Shown: piece after piece, positions 30,601 to 39,640 of the stretch
Layout of the letters: every line of letters begins with the position of its first letter
How positions within the stretch are numbered: position 1 is the first letter of the stretch
From: Turneriella sp.
GTDB lineage: Bacteria > Spirochaetota > Leptospiria > Turneriellales > Turneriellaceae
Assembly (NCBI GenBank): GCA_965279515.1
Contig: CBDIID010000003.1
Span: 768,001-832,000, forward strand
Direction: 5' to 3'
Length of the DNA stretch: 64,000 nucleotides
Translations under genes and position numbers: made by a program
The notes under the pieces: model-generated
The model's database searches: none
What the model was told of the DNA's origin: nothing
Seen by the model: only the letters and a program-made list of their open reading frames with translations

Positions 30601-33441
30601 CTCGTGGCGCAACCCGGTGCGCGCGCACGTTTCCGCAGGGCGCGTGGCCTTGCCATGGACGGCCGCAATCTCTACCTGGCAGATGCCGATGCCAACCAGG
30701 TAGTACGCATCTCAGACAACGCTCTTCACGGGCTGTGGCTGGTGAACCCCGGGGTCAATCCCTATGACTACAACAGCGACGGGGGCGCGGTGCGCCATGG
30801 CTCAGGCGTCGGCGGTTTCCTGGGTACAACCACGGATCGCTTTGCTGTCGCGGGCGGGGCATCGACCTTCAATGGCAGCAGCCAGTACTTTACCGCCGGC
30901 TCGGGTGGAGTGCCCGTCGATATGGACGCCGCCCTGACCCTCTCGGCCTGGATCAAAGTCACCGATCTCACAGCAGAGCATGCCATCATGGGAACCGGGA
31001 GTTTTAGATTCCGCTGGAATGTCGCTACTGACGGCAGCATCTATTTTCAGAATTGGTACGGCGGCGGCGCCAGCTCAAACCATCTCGTTTCCTCATCGCC
31101 GCGCCTGATCACCGCCGGCACCTGGGCACACGTCGCATACACGTACCGGCCGAACTCGCCTTCTCCCGGCGGCAGAATTTTCTTTAACGGCCATGAAGTC
31201 ACACAGGGTTCGACGAACACCGGCAACACATCCGATGCTGTTAACGTACCCCTGACGATCGCGTATTCGACAGCATCGGCTATCCAGACCTATCTCAAGG
31301 GTTCGGTTACCGACGTGCGTATCTACAACCGGGAACTGAACGGCGCAGAAATCAACGAACTCGCCCAGGACGCATCCGCCGCACAGGTTGCGGCATCCTA
31401 TAACAGCGGAGCGACAGGATTACTTGCTCACCACGATTTTATAAACTCAGGTCTGTCAGACACAGCGGCGCTTGGCCTCACCCTGACAAATACGGGATCA
31501 TCCGGCACGGTGATTGGCAAAGACAGCGACCCTGGAGGTGCGTTCTATTTTACCAGCACCAGCCAATACCTGCAAAACGCGGCAGCAGATGGCCTGCCGC
31601 TGGAGAGCCATCCGCGAACGATGTGCGCATGGATCAGGCCACATGCGCAACCGGCCCCCGGGTTTCGCTATCCGATTATCAGCTATGGTTCTGCCTCCAC
31701 TGCCGGCAACGCCTCAGAACTCGTTTATTATGACAATACGACAGGAGATTACCGGCTTTCGCTGACGAAAATCGGCAGCTCCGTGGATGCGTTGGTAAAA
31801 CTGCCGATCAACACGTGGTCGCATGCCTGTGTCAGTAACGACGGAGCAAACACCGTTATTTACTGGAACGGTATCGCTCAGCCGGCGATAACAGGTTCGG
31901 CACAGACGCTCACTACAACCGCAGGGCCGCTCTACATCGGTAAGCGTGTAAAATCGGGCGCGCCTGACAGTACCTATTTTTTCAACGGCGCTATCGACGA
32001 TCCGCGGATTTACAATTCTGCGCTGACCGCCGATCAGATCAGGCAAATCTCCATACAGGTTCCCAAAGGTCTCATGGCGCGTTATGACTTTGCCGGCGAT
32101 GCAAAGGATGTCAGCGGTTTTGGTAACCACGCGACGAATAGCGGAGCAACCGCCGCGGCAAACCGCCTGGGTCAGACTTCGGCCTTCTCTTACAGCACGG
32201 GGCAGTTCCACCGCGCTCCGGCGCAGCCCTACCTGTCGCCGACAGACATGACTATCATGGCCTGGATAAAACCCAATTCATTGCCGAATGCGGGCGATAT
32301 TTACCCGATCGCGGGAAACATGCAGGCCGATGCGTCGCGCGGCGCAGTTCTCGAACTCTACAACAACGCCGGAGTACAGTCCATCTACTGGCTCAATAAA
32401 ATCAACCTTACCACCAATAACGACTACATCGCATCTTATGCCATACCAGGAAATTTCAATCATATCGCCATCACGCGCAGCGGCACAACCCGGGCCGTGT
32501 ACCTGAACGGTGCCTCCTTGCCGTCATCTCCCGCGGGAACCAGCGGCGGCGATTCGACAAGCACTGAAGATTTTTTCATCGGTAAACGCATCGACTCGGC
32601 CACGGTAAGCCAGGTGAAATTTTTTGACGGCGTCATCGCCGATGTCCGCATCTATAACCGCGCGCTGTTGCCGACAGAAATTGCCGCGATCAGCGGCTAC
32701 CATCCTTTACAGGCGAGTACCGGCGTTTCGAGTGTTGCGCTGCACGTTCAGGCAGATACGGTTGCCGCTGCAGACGGCGCGAGCGTCGGCACGTGGACCG
32801 ATAGCGGCCCCGCGGGTAATACACTCACGGGTGGAGTTCTGCCGACGGGTTGTACCGGCACTTGCAATCCGCAAATCAATCCGACATTCCGCGCAAGTAA
32901 CCTTAACGGCAAACCCGCGATTCGGTTCGACAGCGGCAATGACATCATGACGAAGCTGGCGCCAGCAGGCGTAACGCAGAACAGCAGCGTTTTTTCGGTC
33001 GGAACGCCGATTGTGGTCGGAGGCACGCTCATGCTGGCGGGAAATCCGCTGAACGGCATCTCTGTATATTTTACCGGTGGTAGCCTTGGTATGGACTCCC
33101 GGCTGATTCCGCCAATCTGCCTTAAAACCACATCGACGTTCTCGGCCGGGAATCCCTGGCTCACGGGTTATTCATTTTTAACTTCGCCGGTGACCCGACA
33201 CACTTATACAAACGGCGTCGATGATACATCGGGGGCAGGCCCCTTCTGTGGTTCACCGAGTTTCGGCTTGGTTACCAGCAGCATCACCGTGGGTTCCGAT
33301 GGCGCCAATGCCGGGCACTATGATCTCAACGAGCTCATCTATTATAATGCGCAGGTGTCAGCGGGAGATGCGCTCCTCATCCATTGTTACCTGTCTTCGA
33401 AATACGGATTGCCGCTGAGCAGCAGCGCCATCTGCCCGTAA
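27673..33441 (+). CDS. large surface lipoprotein/adhesin (Ig-like, FN3, NHL propeller, LamG repeats)
   Basis: 1922 aa. Lipobox ALHC, YTTDGS domain, FN3 (ISGLNVNQTYYFAVQARD), NHL repeats (TDGTSLFIAD), three LamG-like domains (DVRIYNRAL), C-terminal LNGKPAIRF..YLSSKYGL. Confidence 0.8.
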   Translation: MTELSRRSLSLSKFCDFARILCVAGIVIPALHCSKLKTDTNCLNPASSCFVADVTRPQVRSQSPMGTVSKLDSLTVTFSEELKNITDTTVWEISGDGKGQLHLKDIQRVEGTYTYVLNFDNPYVSNGSIIFTPKTTDYNGNTLSSAPPGLTGSTVIGITFSNVTHDFITQAGGFTSTTVDFVHDLPVDPQDATSTQNSWIAYLNSADCSGTPVAQGTGNVAGGVVQQITVDTSAGADATPNNQIVSLNTIGANLIRICYSNPAKNRYGSAAISITRDDSAPYAWASPAGGAFGTPGTISLFCDDNCLRIAYTTDGSPPAMDMAGAITNGNAYTATIAMPYISDPTNTTLQFLAADKAGKLTSITTHNFTVDTRIPQITVTANPYTYLTDGTGVTASPVNTLHTSSTVLWQTNIPARSEFRIAANCGGATWGAAPGTSNSSAILVTAPLAVGANPVTLCARESATNTHIGSNTLTFFRDDTNPVFGGLLSVSNTASGQALLSWIAATDASPVEYIICQTTTPTGCDNGAFTATYGGDGSITGTSYTISGLNVNQTYYFAVQARDATGRATYGGPTLQWTSPLLKIQLTGLPGAGNLNISRTGSSSSDSLSLTANGTYAFPTPLFIGDVYNLQITSLIPTTGSVCSIGAAAYGQIASMTTIIPVNCAPGYMVGGLFRALPAATLKYLPFQGKVTAFAGSGAAGFANATPATSGTLNGPDHLVSDGTNLFISDVNNRAIRKIVLASNALSTHIQATGVCTADALATQGFIQPMAMATDGTSLFIADHQAHIILRVPVAGGTLTRVAGTGAGCSSVSGGSSNDNDNPLNATFNGIHGLVFHNGYLYISEYYGQKIRRLNLTTGQVSTVLAGMVVGDIAVIGNYLYFANTPNNQIRRLDLSSLQLDGGFSIGSGTVGFRDGALASAQLNNPLSLVTDGRDLYFSEYHTGTGGRRVRRADLVRNTVSLVAGPAFELASAPGALVAQPGARARFRRARGLAMDGRNLYLADADANQVVRISDNALHGLWLVNPGVNPYDYNSDGGAVRHGSGVGGFLGTTTDRFAVAGGASTFNGSSQYFTAGSGGVPVDMDAALTLSAWIKVTDLTAEHAIMGTGSFRFRWNVATDGSIYFQNWYGGGASSNHLVSSSPRLITAGTWAHVAYTYRPNSPSPGGRIFFNGHEVTQGSTNTGNTSDAVNVPLTIAYSTASAIQTYLKGSVTDVRIYNRELNGAEINELAQDASAAQVAASYNSGATGLLAHHDFINSGLSDTAALGLTLTNTGSSGTVIGKDSDPGGAFYFTSTSQYLQNAAADGLPLESHPRTMCAWIRPHAQPAPGFRYPIISYGSASTAGNASELVYYDNTTGDYRLSLTKIGSSVDALVKLPINTWSHACVSNDGANTVIYWNGIAQPAITGSAQTLTTTAGPLYIGKRVKSGAPDSTYFFNGAIDDPRIYNSALTADQIRQISIQVPKGLMARYDFAGDAKDVSGFGNHATNSGATAAANRLGQTSAFSYSTGQFHRAPAQPYLSPTDMTIMAWIKPNSLPNAGDIYPIAGNMQADASRGAVLELYNNAGVQSIYWLNKINLTTNNDYIASYAIPGNFNHIAITRSGTTRAVYLNGASLPSSPAGTSGGDSTSTEDFFIGKRIDSATVSQVKFFDGVIADVRIYNRALLPTEIAAISGYHPLQASTGVSSVALHVQADTVAAADGASVGTWTDSGPAGNTLTGGVLPTGCTGTCNPQINPTFRASNLNGKPAIRFDSGNDIMTKLAPAGVTQNSSVFSVGTPIVVGGTLMLAGNPLNGISVYFTGGSLGMDSRLIPPICLKTTSTFSAGNPWLTGYSFLTSPVTRHTYTNGVDDTSGAGPFCGSPSFGLVTSSITVGSDGANAGHYDLNELIYYNAQVSAGDALLIHCYLSSKYGLPLSSSAICP

Positions 33442-33480
33442 TTTTCTTTTCGGCGTGCGCAAGTTCGCAGAGTTACCCCT

Positions 33481-33735
33481 ATGAACTTCCGTGAAACCCA
33501 GCAAAATCTCGAAAACCAGATAGCCCAATCGCTCGACTCGCTTGAAAGCCTGCACCGCATGGCAGCAGGTTCGCTCTTTGAACAGGCGGGCCAGGTTGCA
33601 CCGATCGCATCGCTTGCCGAGAGCGTGCGCCCCGTCTATGAAAACGGTGCCGCGCAGGTCTTTGAGCTGGGGCGCAGTCTCAACCGTTCCGGCGGCGACC
33701 TGACGCGCGCCCTGCTCGACCGCATCGGTATGTAA
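33481..33735 (+). CDS. small helical hypothetical protein
   Basis: 84-aa ORF with ATG start, ending 4 nt before the SDR gene. Confidence 0.6.
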   Translation: MNFRETQQNLENQIAQSLDSLESLHRMAAGSLFEQAGQVAPIASLAESVRPVYENGAAQVFELGRSLNRSGGDLTRALLDRIGM

Positions 33736-33739
33736 TTCC

Positions 33740-34558
33740 ATGGCCCACCAATTCACCCACGGTACGTATCTCATCACCGGCGCCTCGAAGGGCATCGGCC
33801 GCTCGATTGCGTTCGGCCTCGCCGCGCATGGCACAGAGCTGATTCTTTTGGCGCGCGATAAAAAGGCGCTGCAGAAGACCGAGCTCGAAATCAAAAAAGC
33901 GCATGCGCGCAGCAACGTCTCGATTTTTCCCTGCGATCTTTCGGACCGCAAAACCATCGAACGCACGGTGAAGGACATCCGCAAAAAGCATAAGAATCTC
34001 TCGGGGATTATCCACGTGGCCGGTTATGCGCGGCCCGGCTATTTCGGCGCATTGCCCCCCGAAGAATTCGAAAAAGCGGTGAAGACCGATTACCTGGGTG
34101 CCGTCTTTCTAACGCATGGCCTGCACGACATCGTCGACGCAGGCGGCCTGATCAGCTTCACCTCTTCCGTCGTGGGTTACATGGGCGTGTTCGGATATAC
34201 CTCGTATGCAGGTCCGAAATTCGCCCTGATCGGTTTTGCCGAATCGCTCAGGCAAGAGATGATTTCGCGGAAGATCCAGATCACTGTGCTCTGCCCGCCT
34301 GACACCGAGACCCCGGGTTATGCCGAAGAGAACAAGACGAAACCCTATGAGACCCAGGCGCTTTCAGAAAGCGCAAAACTCATGACTGCCGATGCCGTTG
34401 CGGAAAAATTTATCCGCGGCGTCAAAAAGGGAAAATTTATCATTACCTGCAACGGCGAATCGACGATGCTTTACCGCCTGCACGGCATCTGGCCATCCCT
34501 GGTCTTTTGGATCATGTCGGGCATGATCAAAAAGGCGCAAAAGAAACGAGGAGCTTAA
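33740..34558 (+). CDS. SDR oxidoreductase, 3-ketodihydrosphingosine reductase (KDSR/TSC10)-like
   Basis: TGASKGIG, YAGPK (YxxxK), FAESLRQEM, PPDTETPGYAEENKTKP. Confidence 0.8.
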   Translation: MAHQFTHGTYLITGASKGIGRSIAFGLAAHGTELILLARDKKALQKTELEIKKAHARSNVSIFPCDLSDRKTIERTVKDIRKKHKNLSGIIHVAGYARPGYFGALPPEEFEKAVKTDYLGAVFLTHGLHDIVDAGGLISFTSSVVGYMGVFGYTSYAGPKFALIGFAESLRQEMISRKIQITVLCPPDTETPGYAEENKTKPYETQALSESAKLMTADAVAEKFIRGVKKGKFIITCNGESTMLYRLHGIWPSLVFWIMSGMIKKAQKKRGA

Positions 34559-34600
34559 CCCCACCTAATAGGGGAGGGGTGCCGAAGGCGGGGCGGGGTT
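34557..34600. repeat. G/C-run REP-like palindrome between convergent genes
   Basis: aaccccacctaataggggaggggtgccgaaggcggggcggggtt. Similar start to the 48826 element. Confidence 0.4.
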
Positions 34601-35432
34601 AAGTCACCAGCACGTTGTCAATCAGCCTTACGCCTTCGACAAAGGCTGCAACCGCGATGAGCACCTGCGGCCTGACCTTGCTGAAATCGTCGAGTTCTTC
34701 GAGCGAATGCGCGTCGTAAAATGACGCGTATTCGACCTCGAGCGGCTTCAGGTCAGAGGTGAGCTGATTCTTCAAAAACGGTAAATTCTGCGTGTAACGC
34801 GAGAAATCCCGCTTGGCTTTCAGTAGCGCCTGCGAAATTTTCAGCGCCTCTTTGCGGCCCGCGCTGCTCAGCCGCACATTGCGTGACGAAAGCGCCAGCC
34901 CGTCGCTTTCGCGCACCAGCGGGCAGCCGACAACATCGACCGGCAATTCCAGGTCGCGCGCCATTTTCTGGATTAACAGAAACTGCTGATAATCTTTAAG
35001 ACCAAAGTACGCTCGCTGAGGCGCAACCCACATGAAGAGATTATGCACAATGAGCAGCACGCCTTCGAAATGCCCGGGCCTAAAGGCACCGCACAGGCGC
35101 CCCATCAGCGCATCATAACGCAGCGTTAAGAGCGGCACACCGTGCGGGTAAACCTCCTGCCGCGAGGGCAGAAACACGGCGTCGACACCCTCGGCTTCCA
35201 GCAGTTTCGTATCGTGGCTGAGATCCACGGGATATTTTTCAAAGTCCGCAGGGTCGTTGAACTGCGCTGGATTGACGAATATCGAGACAACCACGCGCTT
35301 ATTCTCCGCCTTCGCCCGGCGCACCAGCGAGAGATGTCCCTCGTGCAGGTAGCCCATAGTCGGCACAAAACCGATGTCCTGTTCGGCCCGGCTATAGGCG
35401 AACATCTCTGCTTTCGTTTCAATGCGGTGCAT
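34599..35432 (-). CDS. panC: pantoate--beta-alanine ligase
   Basis: FVPTMGYLHEGH, SIFVNPAQF, RPGHFEGV, FGLKDYQQ, DGLALSSRN, RLIDN. Confidence 0.97.
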   Translation of the reverse strand: MHRIETKAEMFAYSRAEQDIGFVPTMGYLHEGHLSLVRRAKAENKRVVVSIFVNPAQFNDPADFEKYPVDLSHDTKLLEAEGVDAVFLPSRQEVYPHGVPLLTLRYDALMGRLCGAFRPGHFEGVLLIVHNLFMWVAPQRAYFGLKDYQQFLLIQKMARDLELPVDVVGCPLVRESDGLALSSRNVRLSSAGRKEALKISQALLKAKRDFSRYTQNLPFLKNQLTSDLKPLEVEYASFYDAHSLEELDDFSKVRPQVLIAVAAFVEGVRLIDNVLVT

Positions 35433-36294
35433 TAACTAAAAACCTATCGATCACCCGGGCCACTTCGGCGGCGCTGTCCATATGCAGGTGGTGGTGGCCC
35501 GGCAATGTTTCAACGACTGCATGCGGGAAAAATTCTTCTTTTTTATCAACCGCAGTCCTGAGCTGGGGCATTCCCTTATCGCCGAGAACGACGAGCGTCG
35601 GCACAGAAATCTGCGAGAGAATGGTTTTCACCTGCGGAGAAGTCATGCGCACCAGCGACGGCGCGCGCAAACGAAAATCGGCGCGCCATGTGTAACCATT
35701 CTTGGTTTTCAGCGACGCCCGTTTGACAAGCGGTATAGCCGCCTCTTCGCTCAGGCTGTTGATCCGCATGCGCACCTTGACGGCATCGGAAAAATTATCG
35801 TAGTGCGGCTTCGGCAGGTTCTGCGCTTTTTTGAAATCTGCAATGCCTTCACCCAGAATCTTTGCCGCATCTTCAGTTTCTGCCGTCATCGGCGCAAAAC
35901 CCTCGATCAGGATCAGCTTCTGGATGCCGCTCACGGAAGAAGCACCGGCATAGAGAGCGCAGGCGCCGGCCCCCATCGAGTGCCCGACGAGTATCTTTTT
36001 GTCACTGTGTACCTCGGCGAGAGCCGCGTCGATAAAAGGTACGAGATCGATATAATGGTAACGCTCGCCGAGGTGCCTGTGCTCGCTTTTACCATGGCCT
36101 AAAAAATCCCAGGCAAAAATTTCAAAATCACCCAGGTGTTCGGCAAGCGGAACGAACGAGGCGGCATTGTCGAGCCAGCCATGAAAACAGACCAGGGTCG
36201 CGCGCGGCTTTTTACAGCTATAATGCAGGTACTGGGTGCGGTAGCCGAGTAACCTGGTGGTCTTCTCGCGGGCTTTACGTTTGAAAGTTGCCAA
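35419..36294 (-). CDS. alpha/beta fold serine hydrolase
   Basis: HGWLDNAASF, GHGKS, GHSMG nucleophile elbow, GHHHLHMD. Confidence 0.9.
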   Translation of the reverse strand: MATFKRKAREKTTRLLGYRTQYLHYSCKKPRATLVCFHGWLDNAASFVPLAEHLGDFEIFAWDFLGHGKSEHRHLGERYHYIDLVPFIDAALAEVHSDKKILVGHSMGAGACALYAGASSVSGIQKLILIEGFAPMTAETEDAAKILGEGIADFKKAQNLPKPHYDNFSDAVKVRMRINSLSEEAAIPLVKRASLKTKNGYTWRADFRLRAPSLVRMTSPQVKTILSQISVPTLVVLGDKGMPQLRTAVDKKEEFFPHAVVETLPGHHHLHMDSAAEVARVIDRFLVNAPH

Positions 36295-36305
36295 TGTTGC
36301 CGCGC

Positions 36306-37004
36306 TTATGATCCTGCGAACTTTTTCGCGCGTTCGAGCAGCTTGATCGCCTTGGCTGCAGCGGTGTGGATCGAGGCAAAATCCGGGTTCTGGTCCAGGA
36401 ATGCCTTATATTCGTCGAAGCCGCCCAGGTTACTGAACGGATTCACGCCCAGGTGCTTGAGGGAAAGTTCGGCAAACCAGGGAATGGTACAGTAGGCAGC
36501 GCAGTCGGCAGCAGTGATTTGGTTACCCGCGATATAGGGTGAAAATTTTGCTGCACGATTCAGGCTCTCAATGCCCTGCCCGACTTCGTCGAGCACCAGG
36601 CTTTTCAGGGTATCGGATGTATCTTTGCGGCGGCTATGAAAATCGCGCAGCACACGTAACGGCTTATCGATGTGGATATCAATGTAGTTGACGATCTGGC
36701 GTACACGATGACGCCCGAGAGCATCTTTCGGCATCAGCGGCATCGTTTCGGGAAAGGCATCATCGAGGTATTCTATGGTCGGATGCGTTTCTGCGAGAAA
36801 AATACCGTCGATCTCCAAGGTTGGAATCACCCCCAGGGGATTCATTTTCAGGTAATCGGATTCGCGCGACGGCGCGGCGCGCACCTCTTCGAAGGCAAGT
36901 CCCTTCAGCCGCAACGCCATCTTGATGCGGTTATAATAGTTGCTGATGGGGAAACCATGCAGGCGAAGCACTTGTGGTGAGTCGCCTACGGCATATCGAA
37001 CCAT
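36306..37004 (-). CDS. glutathione S-transferase family protein
   Basis: SNYYNRIK, NPLGVIPTL, LAET..IEYLDD, YIAGNQITAAD. Confidence 0.88.
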   Translation of the reverse strand: MVRYAVGDSPQVLRLHGFPISNYYNRIKMALRLKGLAFEEVRAAPSRESDYLKMNPLGVIPTLEIDGIFLAETHPTIEYLDDAFPETMPLMPKDALGRHRVRQIVNYIDIHIDKPLRVLRDFHSRRKDTSDTLKSLVLDEVGQGIESLNRAAKFSPYIAGNQITAADCAAYCTIPWFAELSLKHLGVNPFSNLGGFDEYKAFLDQNPDFASIHTAAAKAIKLLERAKKFAGS

Positions 37005-37080
37005 ATCGGGCGAACGATATGCTGACGTAAGGGGTCAATATTTTAATTGTCTGTACGTTTCGTGGGCGTCACTTGCCGCC

Positions 37081-37764
37081 ATGCGTTTTCGATTACTTGC
37101 TACCGTGTTCGCGGCTTCGGTGCCGTTTTTAACAGCGTGCCGATCTTCCGTCGCCGAGGCTGAAATCCGTCACGACGTCAAGTACCTGGCCGTGTTCTCA
37201 TCGCCCGCCCTGGTGACACTCGACGACGATAAGAAGATGAGCGCCGCGTTTCAATCGAAGTACAAAAGCCGCGTCGTGCTGCTGCGTCCCGTAACGGGCC
37301 TCGCCGCGCTGACAATGGCCGGTGCCAAAGCGTCGCTCTTTGCCATTATCAAAATCAACCCGCTGCGCGAGGCACGAGCAATTGCCCGCGAAATAGAACA
37401 GGCCATGGGCAATGCCTCACTGGCCGCTCTTTATCCCCTGGTAGAAACGCCCGGCTCACAGGATAATTTTTCAGGCACGATTTTTTACCTTGGCCTAGAG
37501 AAAAGAGCCAACTCTTTCACGCGCCTTTCGGGATCATCTAAACTTGAAACCTTCAAAACCGAGACAGACGAGTTCGGCAAAGACAGAAACATACTTTCTT
37601 ATTTCTCCGGTGCGCTGCTCAGCGACACGCCCTACCACACCGTACATCTCCTGGGTTTTTCCGGCGTTGCGGAATCGCAGTATGAAACCCTCGACGGTTT
37701 TTACCACCGCACCCTCAGAAAACTTGAGGGCGCCGACACCGTTTTAGTCGAGAAAATCCGTTAA
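37081..37764 (+). CDS. hypothetical lipoprotein
   Basis: MRFRLLATVFAASVPFLTAC lipoprotein signal. Confidence 0.6.
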   Translation: MRFRLLATVFAASVPFLTACRSSVAEAEIRHDVKYLAVFSSPALVTLDDDKKMSAAFQSKYKSRVVLLRPVTGLAALTMAGAKASLFAIIKINPLREARAIAREIEQAMGNASLAALYPLVETPGSQDNFSGTIFYLGLEKRANSFTRLSGSSKLETFKTETDEFGKDRNILSYFSGALLSDTPYHTVHLLGFSGVAESQYETLDGFYHRTLRKLEGADTVLVEKIR

Positions 37765-37817
37765 GGCCTGAAGGCCTTTAGCAATTTACCGTTTATTCCA
37801 TAATTTGAGGTTGTCGT

Positions 37818-38207
37818 ATGGCTAATATTCCCGCAGATCTGAAATACACAAAAGAACATGAGTGGATAAAGATGAATGGCACCACCGCGCGTGTCGGCAT
37901 CACACACTATGCACAAGAAGCCCTGGGCGACGTCGTCTACATAGACTTTCCCAAAGCGGGCGCGCAGATTAAGCAGAACGCTGTTGCGGGCACCATCGAA
38001 TCGGTAAAAGCCGTATCTGAAATTTACCAGCCGCTTTCGGGCACAATTGCTACCGTAAACACCGATCTCAATACATCGCCGGCTACGGTGAATACAGATC
38101 CTTACAGCGCCGGCTGGCTCTTTGAAATCTCGGGGATTGCAGACGCGGAAATTTCTGGCCTGCTCGACGCAGCCGGCTATGAAGCTCACCTGAAGACCCT
38201 CGCATAG
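37818..38207 (+). CDS. gcvH: glycine cleavage system H protein
   Basis: YTKEHEW, GITHYAQEALGDVVY, IESVKAVS lipoyl-Lys, NTDPY..GW. Confidence 0.97.
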   Translation: MANIPADLKYTKEHEWIKMNGTTARVGITHYAQEALGDVVYIDFPKAGAQIKQNAVAGTIESVKAVSEIYQPLSGTIATVNTDLNTSPATVNTDPYSAGWLFEISGIADAEISGLLDAAGYEAHLKTLA

Positions 38208-38324
38208 CAGACGCAGCCATTCACTCAGGCGGCTTTGTGGGCAAAGCCGTAGCGCTTTCTTCTCGACGAAATACTGTAAGTTTCCGACCTTCCATACGAC
38301 TTATCCACAAAGGGGACCAAACAC

Positions 38325-38657
38325 ATGGCAAATTATTTTGAAAGCGAAGACCTGAAAAAATTCGGCAACATCGGACGCGTGAATAAAGAACTCGCCGACA
38401 AGTTTTTCGACTACTACAATTCAACAATGAAGGCCGGTGCACTGACCGAACGCGAAAAAGCCCTCATCGCCCTGGCAGTGGCACATGCAGCAAAATGCCC
38501 TTACTGCATCGACGCATATTCAAACACCTGCCTCGAAAAGGGGGCCGATGAGGCACAGATGGCAGAGGCTGTACACGTCGCCGCGACGATGCTTGCCGGT
38601 ATCACGCTTGTACACAGTGTGCAGATGATGAACCATATCGACAAAGTATCCGTATGA
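38325..38657 (+). CDS. AhpD/CMD-family peroxidase-like protein associated with ArsS
   Basis: KFFDYY, GALTEREKALIALAVAH..CPYCIDAY, EAVHVAA..LVHSVQM. Confidence 0.85.
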   Translation: MANYFESEDLKKFGNIGRVNKELADKFFDYYNSTMKAGALTEREKALIALAVAHAAKCPYCIDAYSNTCLEKGADEAQMAEAVHVAATMLAGITLVHSVQMMNHIDKVSV

Positions 38658-39640
38658 AAATCGCGGCGGGGGAGCAACTCGCACTTTTAGGGGCCAAAGC
38701 CCCGGACTTTTTTACGCGCACCGGCGCTGACGCCTCTTACCTGAAACCCGGCGAGCTGAAAACATTCCAGATCAATGTCGGCAAATGGTGCAACCAGGCC
38801 TGCCGGCATTGCCACGTCGACGCTTCGCCCACGCGCACAGAAATCATGAGCCGTGCGACAATGGATAAATGCCTCGCCATCATCGGCGCGGTGCAAAGTA
38901 TTGAAACTGTCGACATCACCGGCGGCGCCCCTGAAGGCCATCCGCATTTTCGTGAATTTGTGCGGCAGGTGCGCGCGCTGGGAAAACATGTCATCGATCG
39001 CTGCAACCTGACGATTCTTGAAGAACCGGGGCACGAAGATCTTGCCGAGTTTCTCGCGGCGCAGCAGGTTGAAATCGTGGCCTCGCTGCCACACTTTGCC
39101 CAGCACCGCACCGATCAGCAGCGCGGCGCCGGCGTCTTCGAAAAATCCATAACGGGTCTTAAGAAGCTCAATGCCCTGGGCTTCGGCTCACAGCTGAAAT
39201 TGAATCTTGTCTACAATCCCACAGGACTCTTTCTTTCAGGGGACCAAACCCAGCTCGAACGCGAGTTCCGCCAAAAGCTCGCTGAAGATTTTGGTATCGT
39301 GTTCCATAATCTCTACTGCATCAATAATATGCCGATCAACCGGTTTCTCTTTGCGCTGGAAAAGGCCGGCAAAACCGAAACGTACCTGACGACGCTGGTG
39401 AATGCCTTCAACCCACAGACGCTGCCCGGCCTCATGTGCCGCACGCAGATTTCGGTAAGCCATGACGGCAGCGTCTACGACTGTGATTTTAACCAGATGC
39501 TTGATATGCCCGCACAGGGCGTCGGCCATATCGACGAGTTTAACGCGCAGGCCTTTGCAACGCGGACAATCCGCACCGCAAACCATTGCTACGGCTGCAC
39601 GGCGGGTGCAGGCTCGAGTTGCGGGGGGGCCGTTGCCTGA
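38654..39640 (+). CDS. arsS: ArsS-family radical SAM protein with Cys-rich C-terminus (DUF3641)
   Basis: CNQACRHCHVDA, DITGGAPE, RCNLT, LNLVYNP, NMPI.RF, MCR, YDCDFNQML, HCYGCTAGAGSSCGG. Confidence 0.85.
   Translation: MKIAAGEQLALLGAKAPDFFTRTGADASYLKPGELKTFQINVGKWCNQACRHCHVDASPTRTEIMSRATMDKCLAIIGAVQSIETVDITGGAPEGHPHFREFVRQVRALGKHVIDRCNLTILEEPGHEDLAEFLAAQQVEIVASLPHFAQHRTDQQRGAGVFEKSITGLKKLNALGFGSQLKLNLVYNPTGLFLSGDQTQLEREFRQKLAEDFGIVFHNLYCINNMPINRFLFALEKAGKTETYLTTLVNAFNPQTLPGLMCRTQISVSHDGSVYDCDFNQMLDMPAQGVGHIDEFNAQAFATRTIRTANHCYGCTAGAGSSCGGAVA

Noticed and set aside
38654..39640. Selenocysteine read-through in the ArsS-family gene
   Set aside because: No internal TGA. The Cys-rich tail is complete and the terminal TGA overlaps the next gene's start region.
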